This document shows positions 22,380-30,629 of a stretch of DNA of 32,000 nt, one piece after another. The stretch is taken from contig NC_016070.1 of NCBI RefSeq assembly GCF_000253055.1, forward strand, positions 1,020,001 to 1,052,000, read 5' to 3'. A program made the position numbers and the translations under genes. Source of the stretch: Thermoproteus tenax Kra 1. Lineage in GTDB: Archaea > Thermoproteota > Thermoprotei > Thermoproteales > Thermoproteaceae. The notes under the pieces are model-generated. The model searched no databases and was not told the origin of the DNA. It saw nothing but the letters and a program-made list of their open reading frames with translations. Each line of letters opens with the position of its first letter. Position 1 is the stretch's first letter.

Positions 22380-25300
22380 CTACACGCTAGGGGCTTTTCT
22401 TATCATGCCCAACCACGCCTTCGACTCTTGTATGGTGGTGATAACGTCTCCTACATCTGGCACTAGGAAGTTGGCGGAAGCGCCTGTGTCCGTGCCCTGG
22501 AAGCTCCAGCTCCATACCACGTTCACCACTGGGACAGTCTGCCCGTTAACGCTCACATAGGCCTCGCCGTCTGTGACAAATGCCCTGAGCTTTATGCCGC
22601 CGCGGGCCGTCCAAATCTCCACGTAGTCGCCGCTGTTGATCCCAAGTTGTTGGGCCAATGATTTTGAGACTATCGCGAAGGGCCTCGGGACAAGCTCCAC
22701 GAGATCGGGTATGTTCCGGGTCATCGAGCCGCTGTGCCAATGCTCTGTGAGCCTGTTGGAGGTAAGGGCTACGGTGATCCCAGTTATGCCCAAGCCCTGT
22801 AGTTCTGCCTGCAACTCCTTGGGATCCAAGGCAACTCCAGTCATGCCTCTGGACACTACGTCGGGTTGGTTGTTCAACACCATTAAGTTGTAGGGGTTGA
22901 GCCACGCCAGCGTGGGATACGATATGGCCATGTCTGTCACAGGAGACTCTACAGGCTCTGCGTGGATCGGCCACTGGAAGGTATAGCCCTTGTACCAACC
23001 GCCCATCTCTTGTATAACCTTCAGCGTGGCCGCCTTAAGGTCTCCAAGCTGTTGATAGTACTGTTTAAGCAGACTCCTCATCTTCTCGTAAGTGGGCTTA
23101 AACTGCCTCCAACCTGAGCCTGGATAGAATACCCTCTTTAGGAACGCTTTGTCCGACAGAGTCTCTTGGTCCCAATATAGGGCATCATTGGCCCACAGAT
23201 ACCTCATACCTGTCATAGCAGCATAGGAGTCGAAGTCCACTAGTTGCACGCCGGTATCTGTCTCTACGACGAACTTCCCGAGGAAGACCTTCTCGCCGGT
23301 TCTTATGAATTTCATGAGGTCCAGTCCTCCGAAGAGGTCTGCGACGCCGCTTAACCTCCTCTTGAACGTCTTAGGGGCGAAGAAGTTATGGCCTGGGACG
23401 AAAGCAGGTCTATATTCGCCGGTATATTCATCTATTATCTCGCCGGTCTCGCCAGTGACCGTCCACTGCTGGCCTGCGGCGTTTACGACGTCTGGCTTCC
23501 CCAATATCACTTCTAGTGAGTCGAAGTTGTACATAAAGCGCACGTTCATGGGCCACGACCACCCCCAGTTCTTGTAGACCTTGAAAGTCGAACTGAAGGT
23601 TCCGTCTATTTCGCCGGGCTTTCTAAGCTCATTGGACCTCCTCATAGGAGTGAAGCTATCCCTCACGGGATCGTATATGCCTTGGTATATCATTACGGCA
23701 TAGTTAATCTCCTTGGTTATAATACGGGGGTTTACCTCGGCCTCTATATCCGAGATAGGCGCGGAGGAGCCGACCCCGCCTGAGTAGTCCCAGGAGTGGT
23801 CGGGCCTCAGAGGACGCTCGTAGACAAATATTATATTGCCCCGTTTTCTGAACTTAACTTCCTCTTTGTTTACGCCGGCAACCTCGCTCGGAAGAAGCAC
23901 AGCCCCCTCCTTTCTTAAATACTTGTAGAGACCGGCTATTATCCAATAGTCAGGCCTGGCCTCTCCCCTCGGAGGAACTGCCCTCCACGTCCACTGGATG
24001 ACTCTATTACCATCGGTCCTCGTTCCTTCCTTCTCGGCGAAGGCGGCGCCAGGCAAGACCACGTCGGCGAACCAAGCCGTCTCAGTCTCAAATATATCGG
24101 TTAATACTAAAAGTTGGAGGCTTGAAAGAGCGGCCATCACTAGCTTGACGTTGGGGTTCGTTACAGCCGGGTTTTCTGCGAATATGAGCGCTGCGTTAAT
24201 CTTGCCGGCCAAGGCGTTTCTAATGAAGGTTACTTCTGAATAGCCCGTCCCGAACGGTATATCGCATACGACTTTGCCGTTCACAGGATCGTCTGGAGGT
24301 ATCGTCCCACAGTAGATTCCCCAGAGGAGCTCAAAACGGCGCCAACCATAGAAGTTATATACGGCGAGGGCCTTGGCTACATCTGCGGCGCCTCTAGACG
24401 GAGTTGAGGTCGAGAAGCTCTTGAGGGCCCAGTCTGGGACCTCCCAGTTCCAAGCGTCCGGCATTCCTTGGAGCTTCCACTCTTGGTAGAGTCTAACGTC
24501 GAACGAGGTCGCAGGCTGTGCATGGTAACCGGGCAACACGCCGAGTCCTCCGCCTTGGACGTCCGTCGCACCTTGGACGTTGCTATGTCCGCGGAACGGA
24601 TGAGTTCCGCCGCCGGGATAACCCACGTTTCCCAAAAGCAGTTGGACTATCGCGGCAGCGCGTATGATGCTCAAGGTCGCATCAGTATGTTGGGTGAACC
24701 CCATGGCCCACTGGATTACGCCATGTTTCTTGTGCCCCGTGACGACGCCGCTGTTTTCGACGAAGATGCTGGCAACAGTCCTCAATAGATCCGGAGGAGC
24801 GCCTGTAATGTTGGCGACAGTCTGTAGGTCGTACTCAGAGATCAAGGCCTTTAAATCCTCCAGATCATCTTGTGTTATATTCCACCTCTGGGCCATGAGC
24901 CTTTGGAACTCGGGCAATTGATCTATTGGCGGATTTCTCTCAAAGAATGCATAGTGCAGAATATAGTTCAAGATGGCTGTGTCAGTGCCGGGGCGGAAGG
25001 GCACCCATATATCGCTCGCTTCGGCGGTTCTGCTATACCTTGGGTCGAAGGTGATCAGTATCGTTCCCCTCTCCCTCTTCCCTTTAAGGAAATAGTAGAA
25101 CGACAGCGGGTGCGCCTCGGCGGGGCTCGAGAAGAACAAGACGACGTCAGCCAGAGCTACGTCCTCGATGCTTGCGGTCTCAGCCCCCCATCCATAGGTA
25201 AGAGCCAGAGCCGTTACAGTAGAGGAATGACACTTCCTATACTGGGAATCTGTGTTAGATGTACCCAAGAAGGCCGCCAATTTGCGGGACAGATAAGCCT

Positions 25301-25907
25301 CCTCATTTGTCAAAATAGAGGAGCCTATAACCATGACTGGGTTGTTCGTCCCCACGTAGTAGTAGCCGTCTTTCTGAACGGGGGCGCCCGTGGCGTTCCT
25401 CCACTGATTCAATATGGAGGCGAGCCTTCTGGCTATAAAGGTGAAGGCCTCCTCCCACGAAACCTTTTCCCACTGAGGCGGGTACCTCTTTACGACTGCC
25501 ACTAGGTCGTCCCACGTCTTGGCGCTCAGAATCTCCTCAACGGGAGGCTTGGGACCCGTTCTTATCATGGGCGAGTCGAGCCTCTTGGGATTTGTCACAA
25601 GTTGATATGCTACCTTTCCCTTTGGACACAGCGCGCCCCAATTTATATATGAGTCGGAGGAGCCCGACGTCCAAACTACGTCGTTGCCGGCAGTGTAGAA
25701 GTCTATGGAGCACCCCATTGAGCAGAACGGGCAGATGACTGGCGTTACCCTCGTCCTTGTCAGAGCGCTCTTGCCGCCGATCTCGCCAAGAGTCCAAGAG
25801 GTCTTTTGGAGTATTAATGGGGATTGGGCCGAGCTCGGAAGCCCCAACGCCAGAGCGGCCAAGGCGGATATTTTAAGGAAGCCTCTCCTAGTCGTTGATA
25901 CCGTCAT
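22380..25907 (-). CDS. Tat-exported Mo/W-bisPGD oxidoreductase catalytic subunit, formate-dehydrogenase-N-like (Cys variant)
   Basis: The ORF is 1175 aa. It has a twin-arginine leader, TTRRGFLKISALAALALGLPSSAQS, and an N-terminal cluster CPFCSMGC...CPKG. RKCHSSTVTAL, with Cys226 (TGT 25232..25230) followed by His, sits where FdnG has Sec-His. The substrate is not established. Confidence 0.8.
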   Translation of the reverse strand: MTVSTTRRGFLKISALAALALGLPSSAQSPLILQKTSWTLGEIGGKSALTRTRVTPVICPFCSMGCSIDFYTAGNDVVWTSGSSDSYINWGALCPKGKVAYQLVTNPKRLDSPMIRTGPKPPVEEILSAKTWDDLVAVVKRYPPQWEKVSWEEAFTFIARRLASILNQWRNATGAPVQKDGYYYVGTNNPVMVIGSSILTNEEAYLSRKLAAFLGTSNTDSQYRKCHSSTVTALALTYGWGAETASIEDVALADVVLFFSSPAEAHPLSFYYFLKGKRERGTILITFDPRYSRTAEASDIWVPFRPGTDTAILNYILHYAFFERNPPIDQLPEFQRLMAQRWNITQDDLEDLKALISEYDLQTVANITGAPPDLLRTVASIFVENSGVVTGHKKHGVIQWAMGFTQHTDATLSIIRAAAIVQLLLGNVGYPGGGTHPFRGHSNVQGATDVQGGGLGVLPGYHAQPATSFDVRLYQEWKLQGMPDAWNWEVPDWALKSFSTSTPSRGAADVAKALAVYNFYGWRRFELLWGIYCGTIPPDDPVNGKVVCDIPFGTGYSEVTFIRNALAGKINAALIFAENPAVTNPNVKLVMAALSSLQLLVLTDIFETETAWFADVVLPGAAFAEKEGTRTDGNRVIQWTWRAVPPRGEARPDYWIIAGLYKYLRKEGAVLLPSEVAGVNKEEVKFRKRGNIIFVYERPLRPDHSWDYSGGVGSSAPISDIEAEVNPRIITKEINYAVMIYQGIYDPVRDSFTPMRRSNELRKPGEIDGTFSSTFKVYKNWGWSWPMNVRFMYNFDSLEVILGKPDVVNAAGQQWTVTGETGEIIDEYTGEYRPAFVPGHNFFAPKTFKRRLSGVADLFGGLDLMKFIRTGEKVFLGKFVVETDTGVQLVDFDSYAAMTGMRYLWANDALYWDQETLSDKAFLKRVFYPGSGWRQFKPTYEKMRSLLKQYYQQLGDLKAATLKVIQEMGGWYKGYTFQWPIHAEPVESPVTDMAISYPTLAWLNPYNLMVLNNQPDVVSRGMTGVALDPKELQAELQGLGITGITVALTSNRLTEHWHSGSMTRNIPDLVELVPRPFAIVSKSLAQQLGINSGDYVEIWTARGGIKLRAFVTDGEAYVSVNGQTVPVVNVVWSWSFQGTDTGASANFLVPDVGDVITTIQESKAWLGMIRKAPSV

Positions 25908-26104
25908 GAGCTCCCCCAGTTCTTGTCGCGCTTCCCCAAGACTTTCTTAGCGGTAAGACAAGTATAGTCCTCCTCAGCCATAACCAGCCCGTAGAGACCT
26001 CCGAGACTCTCGCCCATCAGCCTCAGCTCTCTATCGAAAACCTCCAAGAACTGGGCGTGTTGCTTTTTGACCGCGTCGATGATACCAACATCTGGATGCT
26101 CCAT
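25904..26104 (-). CDS. Small hypothetical protein (orf66) heading the molybdoenzyme operon
   Basis: The ORF is 66 aa. Its stop overlaps the catalytic-subunit start as ATGA (25907..25904). A well-placed TATA box lies about 24 nt upstream of its ATG 26104. I recognise no motif. Confidence 0.45.
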   Translation of the reverse strand: MEHPDVGIIDAVKKQHAQFLEVFDRELRLMGESLGGLYGLVMAEEDYTCLTAKKVLGKRDKNWGSS

Positions 26105-26123
26105 GGAAATCAGACTATCACCC

Positions 26124-26133
26124 TATATAATTA
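26124..26133 (-). promoter_or_regulatory. TATA box upstream of the orf66 / molybdoenzyme operon
   Basis: The minus strand reads AATAATTATATAGGGTGATAGTCTGATTTCCATGG. The box centre is about 24 nt upstream of ATG 26104. Confidence 0.5.
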
Positions 26134-26213
26134 TTGTTCAATATTTTTTCGAATACAGCATTTATGCTGGAAAATAGAGATATGTCTAAGAACTCTTTAG
26201 TTTACAATGTTTG

Positions 26214-26786
26214 TTACTCTAATTTTATAAATAACTTTTTACATCTATCGAATAAATATTTGGAACAATAGCTACAATAACCCAAGAACCACACCTCGCC
26301 ATCGCTGCTGCTGATCAAGATTCCCCTATGTCCTCCGTGATTCAACGTAGGGAACTCTCTAGCTACAATCTCGGCCACCACCTCTACGACCTCGCTGTCT
26401 AGCCCTCTGATCCTTTCAACCTCAAAGGGCCTTCCCAAGAGCTTGAACGTAGCGTTTAGGATGTCGTTATCTAGCTCGTCTTCATACTGGGCCAAAAGAG
26501 ATAGGAACTTGCAGACATTGCCAGACTTCACTTTGTAGATAACCCTGAACACAGATGCGACCACTTCGTCGCATCCATAATTCTTGACATATTTTAAAAG
26601 CCCTCGGAGCGTCGGGCTCACGATCTCGTTTAAGGTCTGTGTGTATCCCCTACGCTCCAACACTGACAGCTCATAATAAACTGAAGATGTCGGATAAGCC
26701 AACGACTTGGCGATGCGATACTTAGTCGCAGGGTATAATCGAACTACTGCCCTCAATACTTCGACGAGCCTATCGTTAATTTTCAC
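26214..26786 (-). CDS. Winged-helix-type DNA-binding protein, paralog 3, with C-terminal Cys residues
   Basis: The ORF is 190 aa with a GTG start at 26786. The HTH region is ATKYRIAKSLAYPTSSVYYELSVLERRGY and the C-terminus is FLGYCSYCSKYLFDRC. A TTTAAA box at 26811-26816 lies 25-30 nt upstream. Confidence 0.6.
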   Translation of the reverse strand: MKINDRLVEVLRAVVRLYPATKYRIAKSLAYPTSSVYYELSVLERRGYTQTLNEIVSPTLRGLLKYVKNYGCDEVVASVFRVIYKVKSGNVCKFLSLLAQYEDELDNDILNATFKLLGRPFEVERIRGLDSEVVEVVAEIVAREFPTLNHGGHRGILISSSDGEVWFLGYCSYCSKYLFDRCKKLFIKLE

Positions 26787-27404
26787 AATGACGTACTGTC
26801 GACGTGGCGATTTAAACGTTTACTGATTGGCGCATTTCGACCCATTGCCCATTAAGAGCGACAGTAGATAATTGGTCGCCAGCGATTGTTTTCTGCACAG
26901 AGGTCATCGCCCTTCAGTACGGCGTCGCGATTGCTACTTTTGCTAAGAATTGCGCAACCCCGTAATCTCCGTAGTCTCCGCTATCTGTGGCGAGCCAGGT
27001 GTGAACCACCGACTTGCTGAGGCGCCGCAGCTGAAGATGGCCTTTTCCGCTCTAGGGCCTAAGAACGTCTCTCTAGGTCTTCCGCGGACGCGGGCCCAAG
27101 TCACAGATCTCTACGAGGGGCGGGCCTTGAATCAGACAGTAGACAGTCGGCAGGCTCGCTATGGAGACGGCCAAGCCCCCGCGACAGCCCCTCGGCGGCA
27201 TCTACCTGGGCCCGCCCCCAGTGATGGAGGAAATATGGGGATCGCCGGAGGCCATCGCCTTCAGAGGCCGTGGCGGAACCTTGAGGCCTACGCTGAGGCT
27301 CCCGGACGGCCGCCCCCAACGCCCGCGGGCTCTGTGGGGGCGACAGAAAGTTACTGTTTGCCCCCCTTAAGCGCTCTTTACGCTATATTTATTATCTAGA
27401 GTTA

Positions 27405-28700
27405 ATGTATGTGGACCACTTCTTCGATCTGTTCCTCAAATCGGCGAGGGACAAGATTGGGAAATATCTGGAGTACCAACGCCGTAGTCCCTCCTTCTCC
27501 TCACTGAGGGAGCACATACCCTTCCGCAAGGCCGGCGCAGCTGAAGTCGACGCCCCCAGCGCGGGAGTCGACGGAGGGGTGGGGCTTGTGGAGCTCGACA
27601 ACGGACACAAGATAGTGTTGGCGCGGGCGGCGGCCGTGGGGCGGGGGCTGAGGAAGAGGGAGTTTATAGCCGACGTGTTGATAGTGGACTCCTCGGCGGC
27701 TAAATGGGCGTATCTAATAACGGCGGAGGCGCTGGCGGGGATCTCGGCGCTCGAGGAGGGTGGGTTCGACTATCTGCTCATGGACGGATCCCTCTACGCC
27801 AAAGCGGTTATGCTCATCCACAATCTGATACTCACGAGGGAGTTCCAGTCCATCTTCTATATACCCGAGATCATTCTGGCCCTCTACTCGCTCACAGAGC
27901 TCCTCAAGAAGGCCGAGGAGCAGGGCGTGAGGGCCGTCTTTGTCTCAAAGGACAGCAGATTCAAAGTTCTGAAGGAGTACGCCGCCTTTGAGTCGTTGAG
28001 GGGCAAGCTCGACGACTACATTGTGGAGAGGGGGCTCTCGTGGTACTCCATCATGTGGCTCAGGAGGTTCAGAAGAGAGCTCTCCTCGTACTACCAGCGG
28101 CTCAGAGGAGACCCCGAGGCGTCGGTGGCCTTGGACGCGCTCTTCAGACAGTCTGCCACAGACCACGTGGTCCTCTCAGGCATGAGGGCCAGGACTTACA
28201 CAGTGCCCCTCCTCATGGGCGCCTGCGACGCATATATGTCCTACAAAGGTTTGACTACAGTCAAACGGCTTGTGGACGCAGTGGCGGACAGAGTCGAGGA
28301 CTCAATGGCGTTCAGACAGGAACCCCTCTCCTCTGCCCGCGAGTATTTAGATCTGGCCGAGGGGGCGCTGTCGGCGATGCCCAAGATACTCTTCTTCTAC
28401 CTAAAGCCGGCCGAGGGGGCGGAGCCTCTGTTGGTCGAAGTGCCGCTGCCGGGCAGCAGAATGTTCGACGGCGCCCCCGTGAAGGCCTTCTATCCGCAGG
28501 CCTCGGTGGACGACGTAGTCTCCCTCATTTTGGCCCAGTATAAAGACGACGTCCACTACAACGACTGGCTCTGGTACGCCCACGAGATGGCATCTTTCAA
28601 GTCCAGCCAGCTGGTGGAATACGCGGTCTATCTGAAGAGGATGCTCCAGGAGTCGGGCGTGTCGATGGCCAGGAGGATCAAGATGGGGGCGGGCTTATAG
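27405..28700 (+). CDS. nurA: NurA 5'-3' nuclease
   Basis: The ORF is 431 aa. Its NurA-domain acidic motifs are AGVDGGVGLVEL and YLLMDGSLYAK. It is adjacent to herA-mre11-rad50. Confidence 0.8.
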   Translation: MYVDHFFDLFLKSARDKIGKYLEYQRRSPSFSSLREHIPFRKAGAAEVDAPSAGVDGGVGLVELDNGHKIVLARAAAVGRGLRKREFIADVLIVDSSAAKWAYLITAEALAGISALEEGGFDYLLMDGSLYAKAVMLIHNLILTREFQSIFYIPEIILALYSLTELLKKAEEQGVRAVFVSKDSRFKVLKEYAAFESLRGKLDDYIVERGLSWYSIMWLRRFRRELSSYYQRLRGDPEASVALDALFRQSATDHVVLSGMRARTYTVPLLMGACDAYMSYKGLTTVKRLVDAVADRVEDSMAFRQEPLSSAREYLDLAEGALSAMPKILFFYLKPAEGAEPLLVEVPLPGSRMFDGAPVKAFYPQASVDDVVSLILAQYKDDVHYNDWLWYAHEMASFKSSQLVEYAVYLKRMLQESGVSMARRIKMGAGL

Positions 28701-28799
28701 AAAGTTTCGTCCTACTCACCTTAACAATTGAGAATCTATCCTATTTAAATACTTCCGATAAAATGATGTGGAAGGGAGGGCCGCGGAGACATTGGGGAT

Positions 28800-30461
28800 A
28801 TGAAGATAGGCTACGTCATAGGGAACTCGACGCCGACGGAGTTCTTGGCTACTCTTGACCCCGAGCGGCCGGTCCGCCTGTATGAGTATGTGGCCGTGGA
28901 CAGCGTCGAGATACCGCCGGAAGAGGAGGAGCAAGTCCAAGTGAGGCTGTTGGGACAAGTGGTGAGGATATTCAGAGACCCCTACCAGCTCAAGAGGGAC
29001 CTCCCTCTGTACGAGGTCGTCGAGGGGGTCTCGCACGACCTCCTGGAGGTTCAGATAGCCAAAGTGAAGATATTGGGCTACCTCTGGAACGGCGAGATAC
29101 ACATGCCCAAAATGCCGCCGAGGATAGGCGCCCCCGTGGTGCTTGCGACGGACGAGGAGGTGGCCGAGCTCTACGGCAGAGGCGAGCTCTGCGTGGGCAG
29201 ACTGGCCGCAAGACCTCTGGATATATGTCTAGATATGGAGGGGATAAAGAGGCACGCCGCAGTAATAGCGGCCACCGGGAGCGGCAAGACTTGGTTCTCG
29301 GTGGTGTTGATAGAGGAGCTGCTGAAGAGGGGCGCCCACGTCGTCGTATTGGATCCCCACGGGGAGTACGTCCCCGTCCGGGACACAGTGCAGAGGCTCG
29401 GCCCAATTGGCGCAGTCACAGTGAGAGTGTCCAGACACCACGCTGGAGACGTGATGTACAAAATAGGGGTGTTGGACATGGACCCCGAGGCGCTCGCCGA
29501 CGCGGCCGGCGTGCCCCCGAAGGCCACGAAGATAAGGTACGCGATATACCTCGCCCACTCTCTCGCCAAGGCGGCCTACAAGAGGGGCTCCCTTAGGAGG
29601 GCCGGCCCCAAGGCTCTGGCCCGGATCCTCCGGGAGGCGCAGAGGGGCGAACAGAGGCTGAGGTCTCTCCTGAAGGGCTGGGGCTACGCAGAGGAGGACG
29701 AGAGAGTCTCCGAGCTCGCCGAGTTGGCCAAGAGGGACAGACACTCTATCTTCAGCGCGTCCGCCTATCTGAAGAAGCTGTCCAGACTCGGCGTATTTGC
29801 CTCCAGGACTACGCCGTTGTCCAAACTGACTTCCAATCTGACGGTGGTAAATCTGGCGGGCGTGGGCGAGGAGATACAGGACTACGTGGCGTGGCACATA
29901 CTCACTAGGATCTTCAGAGCGAGGGTGAGGCACGTGAGAGGCCTCAAGGGGCCCAAGCTGGAGAGGCCCGTCGTAGTCTTCCTTGAGGAGGCGCACAGGT
30001 TCGCCCCGCCCAAATCGGCCAGAAGGACCAGAGCCTACGAGGCTGTGGCGAGGATAGCGGCCGAGGGGAGGAAGTTCGGAGTATATCTGGTGGTAATAAC
30101 CCAGAGGCCCTCCCGCGTGGACCCGGACGTAATGAGCCAGATGCAGTCACAGATCATAATGAGGATCGTCAACCCGAAGGACCAAGAGGCGGTGAGGGAC
30201 AGCAGCGAGCAGCTGGCCCAGGAGTATCTCGAGAACCTCCCCGGCTTAGACAAAGGCGAGGCAGTGATCCTCGGGCCGCTCCTGAGGCTCCCCGCGGTAG
30301 TGAGGCTGAGGGACAGAGTCCTGGAGTACGGAGGAGGGGACATAGCGCTCTCCGAGGCCTGGAGAAGCGAGGAGCCCGGAGGTCGCAATGTTGTGGAGGA
30401 AGGATGTTCGGGAGGCCGCCCGATCCCGCAACGGCGATCTCCGCGTCTGCGTTGCGCATAG
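28800..30461 (+). CDS. herA: HerA hexameric DNA helicase/translocase (FtsK-HerA superfamily)
   Basis: The ORF is 553 aa. It has an N-terminal HAS-barrel-like MKIGYVIGNSTPTEF, Walker A AATGSGKTW, Walker B VVVFLEEAHRF, and GRKFGVYLVVITQRPS. The last 30 or so aa (RNVVEEGCSGGRPIPQRRSPRLRCA) look non-conserved. Confidence 0.88.
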   Translation: MKIGYVIGNSTPTEFLATLDPERPVRLYEYVAVDSVEIPPEEEEQVQVRLLGQVVRIFRDPYQLKRDLPLYEVVEGVSHDLLEVQIAKVKILGYLWNGEIHMPKMPPRIGAPVVLATDEEVAELYGRGELCVGRLAARPLDICLDMEGIKRHAAVIAATGSGKTWFSVVLIEELLKRGAHVVVLDPHGEYVPVRDTVQRLGPIGAVTVRVSRHHAGDVMYKIGVLDMDPEALADAAGVPPKATKIRYAIYLAHSLAKAAYKRGSLRRAGPKALARILREAQRGEQRLRSLLKGWGYAEEDERVSELAELAKRDRHSIFSASAYLKKLSRLGVFASRTTPLSKLTSNLTVVNLAGVGEEIQDYVAWHILTRIFRARVRHVRGLKGPKLERPVVVFLEEAHRFAPPKSARRTRAYEAVARIAAEGRKFGVYLVVITQRPSRVDPDVMSQMQSQIIMRIVNPKDQEAVRDSSEQLAQEYLENLPGLDKGEAVILGPLLRLPAVVRLRDRVLEYGGGDIALSEAWRSEEPGGRNVVEEGCSGGRPIPQRRSPRLRCA

Positions 30462-30629
30462 TGAGGATCTCCTCTGAGAACGGCGTCTGGAGGGCCTTGT
30501 TCGACGACGGCGCCGAGGCCGAGGCATCGGGTCCAGTTGGGCTACGCCAAATGCTCCAAATGCGGGGGCTCGGGCTGCCGCCACGTGTACCGCCTTTTGT
30601 CTGAGCGGCGAGGAGGCCGAGCGCCGGCG

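Noticed and set aside
25227-25232. Possible selenocysteine (in-frame TGA) recoding in the FDH-like catalytic subunit.
   Set aside because: The codon at the FdnG Sec position is TGT (Cys226) followed by CAT (His), and the 1175-codon ORF is uninterrupted, so no recoding is needed.
12200-26213. A shared operator motif for the wHTH paralogs in the spacers 12200-12379, 13796-13884 and 26105-26213.
   Set aside because: Only short AT-rich words recur (TGTTCA, ACAAT(T)G / CAATTG). These are too short to distinguish from chance in AT-rich promoter DNA without statistics or orthologous alignments.
26950-27399. A 149-aa plus-strand ORF ending 5 nt before nurA.
   Set aside because: It has Pro/Arg/Gly/Ala-rich, low-complexity composition, no start-proximal promoter box and no motif. 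I kept the region as an unexplained segment in the findings rather than calling a gene.
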